DNA of 64,000 bases from Phoronis australis (taxonomy: Eukaryota; Animalia; Phoronida): positions 62,001 to 126,000 of the forward strand of contig NMRA01000261.1 in the NCBI GenBank assembly GCA_002633005.1, written 5' to 3'. The notes beneath the pieces were generated by a model. The model was given only the letters and a program-made list of their open reading frames with translations, was not told the origin of the DNA and made no database searches. How positions within the stretch are numbered: the stretch's first letter is position 1; each line of letters starts with the position of its first letter. Position numbers and translations under genes: made by a program. Of this stretch, positions 39,201 to 51,200 are shown piece after piece.

Positions 39201-42200
39201 AGGGATGTGGGGCAATGTTATAGTTGTGATAGACAGGGACCAGCTATGTAGGTAACATAGAGGTACGAAACAATGAATGTTGTGATTGTGATAGACTAGA
39301 CTCATCTCTGTAAGTAACATAAGGATGTGGGACAATGTTTTGGTTGTGACAGACAAACGATTTTGTGTTATGAGTTTATGTAGTTTTCAGTTCATTTAAT
39401 TTGAACAGTCCAGTACAGAAGAATATGAAGAAAAGTTAAACATGAGATTAATGGAAACATGTTATTATTTAAAATGAACCTTTATCATCAAAATGAAAAT
39501 TTGATGGAAAAATTAAAGTTTGGGTACACCTATTTTCGTTTGGCTATCCAAAGTCACTGCCATATCTTAGCATTTTTGGATACACCCATTTTCAATTAAC
39601 TGTACCCAAGACCACTGATAAATATCAGCATGTTTGGGTACATCCGTTTTCATTTGACTGTACCCAAAACAAAAGTTAATGTAAGAAAGTAGGAGAGCAC
39701 TACAAGTGGTAGACTTGCTGGCAATCTTTTCACATCTGGTTGTTACCTCTTTCATTATACAATATCCTCCCAGTCATTTGAAGTTTTTAGCTTGTCTCGA
39801 CAATTGACTGCTGTTGTCTGTATGTCATGCTTCAGAGATCTGCAGTTGATTACCATGGCATCACCATGTGTGACACAGTATTGATTCATAGTGTTTATCA
39901 TTTAAGTTCAGACAGAACCTATTGTATTTTTAGCTGATTTTGTATTTCTAAAAGTCATGTCACATGTTATGTTTATTACCAAAAATACTGTGCTACACCG
40001 GCATTGTACGAACAGGGTGAGAAACAAAACAGATTGAATCAGCTATCAATAAACTCCACTCAGTTCCTGGTGTATTGTGTAGAGCTAGCAACATCTGATG
40101 TATTGAGAGAGTTCATTTACATGGTGATGTTTATGGCGTTGTCCACCAGTTTCTGGTGTAACAGTCTGTCGCAGTATGATTATCAGCTGCTTTTCAATAA
40201 CGAGATTCTGTTGTAGGAGACTATAGTAGGAGACTATAGTAGGAGACTATAGTGTTGGTTTGATTTTAGTGTGAGATGCAGCGTGAAGGTCCTTCATTCA
40301 AGCAAACTGTGGTCAGTGCCCTGCGCTGTTTCAAGAGAGCCTTAGAGATTGACGACACCAGTGGTAAACTGTGGTTAGAATATGGTGGTCTGGCATACAG
40401 ACTACACTCACACGCCTCTCGTCAACTCAAACAGGTATGATCACGTGACTGGTGTTCTAGTGTTGAACATTGACAAGGCAGTGTTTAGTAGGGTGGTATA
40501 ACAGGTTGGTTGTCACATGTAACTAAGACTGTCACAGATCAGTTTTAGTTTTGTTCTGATAAGTTTTCTAATGATGTCTTTCTTTTCCTATCCTATGTCT
40601 GTCTGACCCTATGTTATTTGCAATCAAATTAAAGTATTATATTTGAATTGTAAACACAAAATATTTTTGCAGCGTTGCTACAATTTATATTACTCGTACA
40701 ACTTATATTTAATTTGAGATTGGATGCACGCGTCCTGTGCTCACCTCTAAGTGTGACTAATATGTAGGGAGGTTTGTGTTTTTCAATGGCTGCTCTTGAT
40801 TTGCTCAGTCGAGTCATCTGGTTGGTTTGTAAGCCAGAGCTTGATATACTGAAACCAATTGGATGTCTTAGCCAGTTGAGTCAGCTGAACCGGCAGAATG
40901 AATCAAGTGTGGTCTTTGGCAAGTCATTGATTTATTATTTTGTGTTTGTTAGAAGAAATAATTCAAGAATTGCACCCAGCCATTATGACAGTCAGTTGTG
41001 GGTCGATTTACCACATACTTGCAAGGTGTCATGTTCTTCATTTCAAAGTTAGGTAGTTTTAGGCCAGCCCTCCACAAGTCTGCGCGGCTTTGCGTTAATC
41101 ATAACTTACCACTGATCTGTGATCATAACACAGCCATGTTTGTTTGTGTGCAGAGTTGTGTTGGTGAAGATGACGTGGAGGGGAAAAAATTGAAGTGTCA
41201 CTGTCAAGAGATGTTGAAGTTGGCTAGTGATTGTTACAATAAGGCGAGTCAATGTGAAGATGAAGACTATGGGGAAGAGTGGCTGCAACATTATATGTTG
41301 GGCAAGGTGGCAGAGAAGATGGGTCGGCCTCCGTCAGTCTACTTGGAGCATTACGCTAAGGTAGGGTGTACTGAAGATAGGGTGTACTGAAGGTAGGGTG
41401 TACTGAGGGTAGGGTGTACTGAAGGTAGGGTGGTGTATATGTTGGGCAAGGTATCGCTGATGTGTTGACGTCCGTCAGTTTACCTGGAATACCATGTGAA
41501 GGTAGGGTTTTTTAATGGGTGGGTCACCTTCTGTCTACCTGGAGCTCTGCACTGAGGTATGGATGGTATGCCTACTTTCAGTTGTTGTTATGACGTTATG
41601 ATAAAGTTGAAGCCAAATTCCTGCTGTGCACACAATGATAAATGTGTTACAAGCATAAGAGACTGGCATTGTCAAAGGTTGTCATAAAGCAATGGGATTT
41701 TTTGTCAGCTCAGTATGTTTATTTACCCAGAAATTATGCGCATGGGAATGACTGGGGATGGGTAATGCCCGCTTCACATCCTTACTATGTGATTCACAAT
41801 ACATAACACATAATACATAATACAGATAATTATTTGAAGGAAACAGCAGGTTTGGAAGTGAAATTAATGTGATATTATTATGGAAGAAGGGGTGGAGAAA
41901 GGGTTAGGGAAAGGACATAACTAGATTATTATAGTTAACATTTTCATAGATTTGTGTACATAAAACATATTAATGGTAACTTATATTAATTATGTGAAAT
42001 TATATTTAATTTACAATAATATGAAGAATTAACTTAAAATTCAGCTTGAAAATTTGAGATGTTGTCGTTACGTGCGGAGGTTAAAAATACTAACACTGGT
42101 TTGAAAAATACACGATTCATTTATTGAAAGAGATTCCTGCAAAACCTTCACTGCTGTAAAGGTATGACCGAAGCATAAATTGATTAGTAATTAGAGACTT

Positions 42201-45200
42201 TTCACATTTTTTTTTGTCCTTATACTTAGCTAATTAAATAAATATTAATGATTACGCAATGATTAGTTGCGGAAAGTGTTGATCATTTTCTCTCAAGTGT
42301 TTAAGAGTGCATATTGGCAGTATTGAGGTGTTGCAGAGACATCATGTTTAGATAACCCATGTTAATATCATCGTGCAGGCCTCCAGATGTCTTCATGAAG
42401 AAGGTGCCAAGTATCCCAAGAAGATCAACTACATTGTACAGCCACCTCACCTGGCTATAGAGGCACTGGAGGTAATGTGAGATAAGTGAACACACTGACT
42501 GAGTGACATGGAGTTATCTGATCATCAATCATTGAAATTCAGGGATTGGAATTTTCTTCTTTTAAGAGGATTTCCTATTTTTTTGGTTTTGATTTCGTTA
42601 TTTTTTGATTTCCAGTTTCCCCTTTTTCCGTCTTTTCATCATTATTTTGACTTTATTCATGCGAAAACATTTATTTCAGTAAAAGTTTTACAATACAAAG
42701 AATACATCTATCACACAAGCTTTTTTATTTGTGGAACAATACATCACCTGGAATTTTTTCCTGTTTTTTTGTTACTGGTCATTCCAAGCCCTGGATATTA
42801 TTGGGTACTATGTGGGCGGCACAGCAAGTGTCCAGATTAAAACTTTGAAAGTCTTGTTTATTATGGTGGTTCAGTTTATGCTAATATTGATTGAAGCTCT
42901 ACTGTTTTACTATGTGATTAGTGTTGTTTGTTGTATCCTTGTGTGACTGTTGTGAGACAACAAGTAATGAGTCAGTATGTTAAAGGTGGTGTGTGCGCAC
43001 CTTCTGTCTTAAATGTATCCTATTATTTAGGCCTCTTACAGTTTAGTAAGTCCCAAATTTTCTCTTTCTTAAATTAGTCAATGTTTTATGGACTTGAAGA
43101 AGAACAGGCATATTGTTATTGTTGTACTCAAGTCATTATGTACGGTCAGTTGTTTCCAAGCCCAGAAATCACTTCTAATCTGTGTAAAGTACAAATTAGC
43201 TAAAAAGCGTTTTATAATAGTGTGAAGCTGCATTAAACTTCATTGTGAATGCTCTTCCTGTTTTTAGTTGACGATGTAGTGTACATGCTCAGTTGTTTAT
43301 CTCATTCTCAGATGCACTACCGTCTGCATGTCTCTGCATTGAAGTATGTACTGAGGAGTAAAGAAAATATGGAGTATGATCTCATCAAGAAGTTTCTGCT
43401 CGACTCAGCAGATAGTCCGTATTCAAAATCCTATGAGAAAAAGAAAGAGCGCCGTTATTCAACAACCGGGGATGGGTAAGTTGACCATCGTTGTTCTTCC
43501 AAATGCAGTTATGACAAATAAACAAAACATGAATGATAAGCAGTAGGCATGCTTGATTTGCATGTCTGCTTAGTTGGGTTACTCGTTCATATTTGTTAAC
43601 TATGATTGTACTTTGTGACAAGATTGGTGCTAAATTACAGTTAGACAACCTAACAGACATTTTATTGGACTAAGGCAAAATGGAACTTAATCTGTGAATG
43701 TCAAGGTCAAGAACTAGAACAACAGCTAGCACACAACTTTGCTTTACTGTGAGTGAAGATTGGACTTAGGTATGGGTCATGAATAGTTTTAACAGGTGAC
43801 ATCTAGTGGCGCTTAGACGTGTGGAGGTCATGGAGGAGTAGCTGGTACATGGATGTGATATGCTTGACATAATATTTGTTACTGTGTTGTGTGTGAGGTT
43901 AACTGTTGGTAGTCTGTACAAAACCTGCTCTAACAAATGTGAGACACTCATTTGGTTGGGGGAAATAACCATGTCATAAACTGTGGTGTGTTTCAGAGGC
44001 AAGCTGGACTCGAGTAATGATGTCCCCATGAAGAGTGAGAAGACTAGCTCTAGGAGTGGAGTGAAGCCTACAGTGCACGCCACACCTCAGGATCATGACT
44101 ACCTGCGTCACAAAAGTCCCGCCCGCTCAAGTGGTGACAGTACACCTGATATAAGGCAGGTGACTGTCTCTGATCTTGTTAATCATGTGCTGAACACAGC
44201 ACTTGGCACTGTGTCTGATGACACGGCAGGTGAGCAACTGTCGACTGAAGTCACAGCAGACTTATGTAGCCTGGTGAGTGGGTCAGCTGTGATGTCAACT
44301 CTGCCATCTACTGGAGTAGACAGTCATATGGAGAGGGAGCCAACACCGCCATGTGTTGATGATGCCAGTCATAAGTATGATGAGCATGCTTTGTTACCTT
44401 CTGTTGTGTCAAGTCACAAGGCCATTGAGTATGCAATGCCATATATCAGCGAGTTGAGTCACAGGACTGGTGAGCCAACATCGCCATCTATTAGCAAGTT
44501 GAGTTACAAGGCTATTGAACCCACTGCGTTATCTATGAGAGAATCAAGTCACACGGTAACAGTTTCTGATGAGACTGACTTGATCAACAGTCCTGTGATA
44601 AGTAACAACGTTTCTGATGGTAGGAAGAAGGTCACAGCAGAGAGAAGTGTTGAACAACCCCTTGAGCATGGGGACCCTGTAGGGGGTAGGCTATTGTCAG
44701 ACTGGGAGGTAGTAGACATGACCAATCAAAGTGTTGATAGTGCTGTCGATGTTGACGACTCACTGACTGAGCATGCGCAGCCCACCTCAGTTGCCATGGT
44801 GATGACTGATGGGTCAAAGGTTAGTGAGTCTGGTCATGCTGGTGAAACACAACTTGCAACTGCAGAGAGATGTGACGTGAAAGATAGCCTGCAGGTGTCA
44901 ACACATAACCACTCTGCTCCAGTTGGTCCAGCAGAAAAGTTTGTTGCGAAAACTGATGTGGAAAGTGGAGTTGGTACATCATCTGGGACAACTTCAGAGA
45001 GCATGTCTGCGGAACATGTTATTGTTGAGAAGTCAAGTACTAAGTGTGAGTCTATGGATACAACAGAGGGAGCTACTGGTCACATTAGAACTAGTTCAAC
45101 TCTAAACGTGTTGATAAGCGATAAACCAGTTTTTGGTATCGCCACCTGTCTGTCAGCCCAAGATCTGCAAGAAATGAGATTCCGTGAGTTGGTGGAGCTG

Positions 45201-48200
45201 TGTTTAAAGGGATTACATCTTACCCTTACTCGCTACCCGCACCACTACAAGGCTCTGTATAGACTGGCTCACCTGTACGCGACTGCCCCTGATTATAAGG
45301 TAATGCATAGTTAACAGTAGGAACTGTTTAGACGGAGCTTTTGTTTGATGAATTTGCTGTCAGGTCGCTTTTAAATGCATTTTAAGGTCTAAAAGTAATG
45401 TTTCTTATTCGCTTGTTGTAGAAAAACGACTTTTAAAAGTCTGTTCTGTTGGTCTTATGAGTCATAAGTTGAGTTAACCAACAGTTTTTCTCTATTTATG
45501 TCTGGCTCGGCTTCTTCAAAACTTTGACTGTCATGCAACACCAAGTTGTACGTGGCACTGTATGACTGTCATGTAAGTGTTCCAGTTCTGATGAGGAATT
45601 CAAAATTCATGGGGTGGCGCTAATAAAACAGTGGTCCTACCTGTGTTAATGCTTTCAGTCACCTGTTCATGTAGGACTCTGAGACCACAACATATCAACA
45701 CTGGTGATCCACATTTTCTTCTCAATATTTTCAAATAATGAATGAGGCATGGCTACCACCTGAAAACTTGGAAAATAAGAAAAATAGTTTCTATGTATGG
45801 AAACTCCTGGATGTTGAAAAAGGGGTAAAAACTTACAGAAATATCATGGAAGATTTCATGTGATGGATAAAAAACTGTGCAAGACATGTTACAAATTCAT
45901 ACATTCAGTGCTATTCTCTGATGAAATAAACAAAGTTGCTAGGCAGATGTCGAGTATTTGCCATCCACAGTTGTTGCGTTAGTTCAATGAAGGGTTTTAC
46001 AGTTTTGCTTACCACTGCTGTGCAGAATGATTGTCACGCTAAGGTTGTAGAGAACACTGAAAAGTTGAATGTTTGAAGTTTTCTATAATTATGGTTAGCA
46101 ACTATCATTAGCAAAAATGATTATGGGCCCACTGTGGGAAAATTAAGTCGTAGATAATACAATTTGTTTCATGGAAAACACCATGGAGAATAAAAACTTA
46201 TTATGAGGTGGAACCATGCAGTAGGGTTCATGCTTGATTAGCACCACCTAGTGGATTTGGAGACTTCCCTTAGTCGACCCAAAGCTCAATTTAAAATATA
46301 AAACCTAATTGCTGCAATAGACTGAGGGAGATGTTGTAAATGACAAGGTGACACTTGCTTCATTAGCACCACCTGTTGTTGAATGTGGTGACTTACGTAA
46401 GTCAGCTCAAAGCTCATTTGAAATATAGGACCTAATTGCTGCAATAGACTGTTGTAGATGTCGCCAGTCTTATGTATCTGCCCACACAGAGGACGTTGCA
46501 ATGCAAATCTTAAATATTGTTATAAACTGATGGAAATGTTGTTTTGTGTCATAAAACTTTGCACATGGGCCTGAGTTCTAATTTCAGTACTTGAAACTTG
46601 ACTGGAGTAAACGTACAAATTTGTATGTCAATACTTGGTTAGGTTTTGAGTGCAAATCTTAATTGAATCTGAGTTCGGAGATTAAATCCTGAGCCCACAA
46701 GATTTTATTCATTCTTAATGTTTCTTTCAGGATATGGAGAAAGCTAAGAACCTTCTGCTGGGTCCAGCTGAAGGGAGCTGGATCAAGTTCTCTGACTACA
46801 TGCCCTGTCCACCACTGTTCTCTGAGAGGAAGACCCACAACTTCTTCAACGTAAGTGTAACCATGCCTTTCCAAAGTTCATTTTGCTTTGCGATTACTTT
46901 CTTCTGTAAATCACATGGTGTATTAATGGAAACTTTTTGTATTTCTTTTATCCTGCTGTAGTATTCATCTTAATGAATGCAGTCCCTACTTTATAGTGGT
47001 GTTCTAATAAAAAGTCCTCCTAGTGAAGAATTCCTTGCCTTGTCCTGTAGTATTAAATATTTCCTCTTACTGAAGAAAATTCACGAATATTCATGAAGAT
47101 TATTTAGTGTCTCCTTCCATTTAGGGAGTGTGGAAGGTCACAAGTATTGCATGTAGATATGTATTGTCTCCCTTTATTTAGGGAGTGCGCAATATAACAC
47201 TATTTTGCATGGTATCTATTGTGTGCCTCTATTTGAGGAGTGTAAAGGATCACAAATATTGTGTGTAGATATCTATTGTATCACTCTGTTTAGGAATAGT
47301 ACCTGTAGATATCTAGTGTCTCTCTGTTATCTCCCTCTCTATTTAGGGAGTGTGGAAGATCCCTGTAGAGGATGTGGATCGCTCGGGTAGTTTTGCTGCG
47401 CACCTCTGTCGCACTCTACTTCTACTTATGAATGTGCTGACTGACCTAAAGGAGGCGCCACAGCTGCAGTACTTGCACACGTTCCTCAACAAGAAACCAG
47501 ATGCTGGGAGGTACCATTGAGTTGTACATTGTATTGACTTATGATGGAAAATGACATTCTTCATGCATGCTGGGGAAACTGATGGAAATTGAAAAAAGAT
47601 AAAAAGTAAAAGAAAATGTCATCAGATATTAAATAAAAACCCTCATTGTCAAAGTCTTATCGGGAATTCTTGCATTCAATTATGGTAGGGGAAAATACCA
47701 CATGCTGAGTTACATCCTGGAAGTCAATTAGCCATGTAACATAAAATTTACTCTAGTTATGAAATATTTTCATTTTTGGTGTTGTGTTGCAGGAAATTTC
47801 TGCGAGATGCTGATCGAATATTTCTTTCCAAAAAAGCCTTGGAATGTTGCCTGGATGCATATTTGGGCTGTGTGCCGCAAATGTTTGATAGCATAACGGA
47901 GGAGGATGTGAGAACTCGCAAGCTGCTTGACATCTACCGACTTTGGCAGCAGGGGACTAAGGATGGTGTGAACTCAGCCATAGCCAACAGATTGTTAGAG
48001 CTGTCATATAGGGCTTGTTGTAAAGACCAGGTAGGATCACTGGTAGTCTAGTAGTTCTCCTACCATTGTTAGAGCTGTCATATAGGGCTTGTTGTAAAGA
48101 CCAGGTAGGATCACTGGTAGTCTAGTAGTTCTCCTACCATTGTTAGAGCTGTCATATAGGGCTTGTTGTAAAGACCAGGTAGGATCACTGGTAGTCTAGT

Positions 48201-51200
48201 AGTTCTCCTACCAGCACAGATAATTCTTTATCATTTGCCTTAGCTGCGTACGACAAATACATTCTTTAAATCTGAGTGTTATGAATTTCGCTTCATGACC
48301 ACTTTCAGCAGTGCAGGAACTTTCAGTTGGTCAGAAGTTGGTTAAATGTCACAAATTTAATAATATATCTTAGCAATATTAATCTTGTCTAATCTTCTGT
48401 TTCCATACCATAAAATGTGATAATGTATGGTAAAAGTCACGAGTTTTTAAAGATTTTTGTAAAGAGTAGTTGTGCATGTTCCAAACAGTTTGTACAGCAA
48501 TTTCCTTGTCACATGATTAATATGATGTGGTGATTACAGGTGGAAGATGAGCCCTCTGTTGTTGAACAAGCGAGGCGTTACTGTCAGCAGCACCTGGCTA
48601 AGCGTAACCCAACAGTAAGTGCCTCTAGTAACTCAGTTCTTTGTTACCTTTAAGGGTATTGATGTGGCTGATGTGGTTCTTATCTGTGATACGGGTTTCG
48701 TCCTTGGGGAGGAGGAGTATAGTCTGGATTCAGTTTGTAAGATCACTCGGACAATGTGTGTCTATGTTTTCTGAAATTTCAAGGGTAAGAGAAACACGGT
48801 GATCAGATTGTGAAGATGATAATTCAGCATTACTTGCACGTGAATTGTTGTCATGAGCTATCAAAAGAATAACAGTATATTTTGGCTCGCGAGTTATTTT
48901 TCAGAAATGGGCATTTCATGTGTGCCAATATTGGTGAAAATGTCCCATGTTGCCCGTTTAAACTGCCCTGCCTTGTTGAATCTGTGAGGCATCTTCTGCT
49001 GTCAGACTGCAACACACAGTCTTGTATATCAGCACTTGTCATTGTTCATGATGCTAGCAGAATGTTCCATTGTATCCACTCTGATCTTAGACATGAATGT
49101 TCACAGCACTTGTTGTTTACAGACTCCAAGCCAGTCAGAGAACATGCGTTCCAATCCAAACACCCCCAGCTCCGTCATCTCACCTGTTCATCCACAGCTG
49201 ACCAGTTCTGGGAAAATGGAAGTATGTGCTGTGTAGCTGATACTTGTACAGTTGATGCTAAGTCCTGTGGAGCATAGAAATCCTTGGGATACACCATGAC
49301 ATGAACTGCAATTCTTCTAGTAATCCAGTCAAAAATTTACAAATTATGGGCTGCAAATTATTTATGGTTCAGCAAACCATCCGATTCTTTTTTGAGACAC
49401 ACTATGCACTGTTAAACTTCTGTTTTTGGTGCTCTATGAAAACAGAGAATTGACTTGTACCTTTGTATCTTGACCTTTCTTTGTCTCTTGATCGTTAACT
49501 AGTCTTGAAATCATTTCTCAAAAAGTTGGACAGATTTGGAATAAAATTGATCAGGCATTTATGGCAGTTGTTAAGTCTTGGTGTGAAAAATTGTCAGCTT
49601 CACATCAATTGCAACATTTTGTTCTCATAGAAAATGCAGCTTCTTGTTTACAATAATGTGCCTGCAGCTGTTTTAGCTATGATGGGTGTACGATGTTTGC
49701 GAAAATAACTATTTTTCAATTCCATTTTTGTATGTGTGAAAGAAGTAAAGTGTTTATGCATTTCATTGTCAGTGTTTTGGTCAAGATTTCTTTTTACACT
49801 ATGGTTGCATCAAATATCCAAAATAACAGAACCCATGGGTGTTCACTACTGGAGGAAGAAATGTTCTCTTTGGCCTCACAGTTAATTAATCTATTTAAGG
49901 CTACAACTTGTTAACTATTGCCCTCGGTTTTTTCTACAGGCCTCTCCTCTCACGCTATCTCCTCAAGGCGGAATACGCTCCACTAAAATTGCATCTGGTA
50001 ATATTCCCCTCAAGATATGCTCTGTCAAACTGAAGCCCATTGAAACCATACGCAGTCAGTGTACAGACAGACTTGTGGAGACATCTACTGGTGGAAATGT
50101 TACATCAAATGCAGGAGAGTGCCTACAACCCGTTTCATCAAGTTTCACTGTTAGCAGCTTTGTATCTAAGGTGACGTCCAGTAGCTCCTCCAATGTTACC
50201 ATGCTTACAGCCAGTCACAGGTCATCACCAGGTGTGTCACAGGTAACAGCACAGCATGCCAGTCTACCTGCGCACCTGAGTGAAGGCAGGGCCCAGGTGA
50301 AGGAGCTAATACCTCTGTCAACAATTGCCACCAAATGCTTGATCAGGAGCACACCGGAATCAGTAGGTGAGTCAACAGATAATTAAAGGGACAAAAATAC
50401 TTTCTGTGTCCTACTAAAAATGAATATCATGAAGTTGAACAACTATATTATCAAAAACCGGACAATCTCCGGACAAATAAAAAAGTTCATGTTCAATTTA
50501 ACGCTTTGTCTTTTCATTAGACATCATCAGGATCATATTTACAACAATTTAGGACAACAAGTGCCAACATACAGCTCAGGTAACATCCATAGAGTGAAGT
50601 GAGAGATACATAGAATATGGTCAGTAGCTGGTCATCACCATAGCTGCAGGGTCACAGAGCTCTGCATGTTATTCAGAGAATCAGTGGCATGTGGCCAAAA
50701 ACTGATTTAAAGAACAACTATAGCCTCTGTAAACCATATTCTGGCATCTAAAACGATTCCCTCACAGACGTAGTTGTTCATATGCAACGTAGTGATGTCC
50801 TTGTCCTTTATTTCAATTGTAATTGGTGACAATAAAATGTCTGGAATTCCTGTTTGGATTTGGTCGCTCAAAGTAACTTTGAAATCGTTTCTAAACTGAG
50901 TGCAGAACAAGATGAGACTCATTTTAGTGGGCTAAATCAAAATTTGTTTTTGGCAAAGGATGACTGTTTATTATGTCTTAATTTCCACACACTAGGCTCA
51001 AGATTGCTTCCGCCATGAGACCAATTGGTTTTTGGTAATTATGGGTGTTGTGAAAACCAAAGTTTGGAGGGTTTGACCAACTCCAACAAAAACTGATGAA
51101 TCTGTTTGGGGTTGGAAGGATTTTCTGGTGCATTGTGGGAAGTTATTGTCATTTTGCGTGGTTGAACTTTTTATGTTAGGCATTTTATAGTCAGTAAGAA

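Noticed and set aside
38661-39355. CRISPR-like repeat array
   Set aside because: The inter-motif sequences are homologous to each other and there are no cas genes; it is a minisatellite.
40214-40253. gtaggagactata x3 just upstream of an acceptor
   Set aside because: It does not include the junction at 40270, so it was not counted in the splice-junction series.
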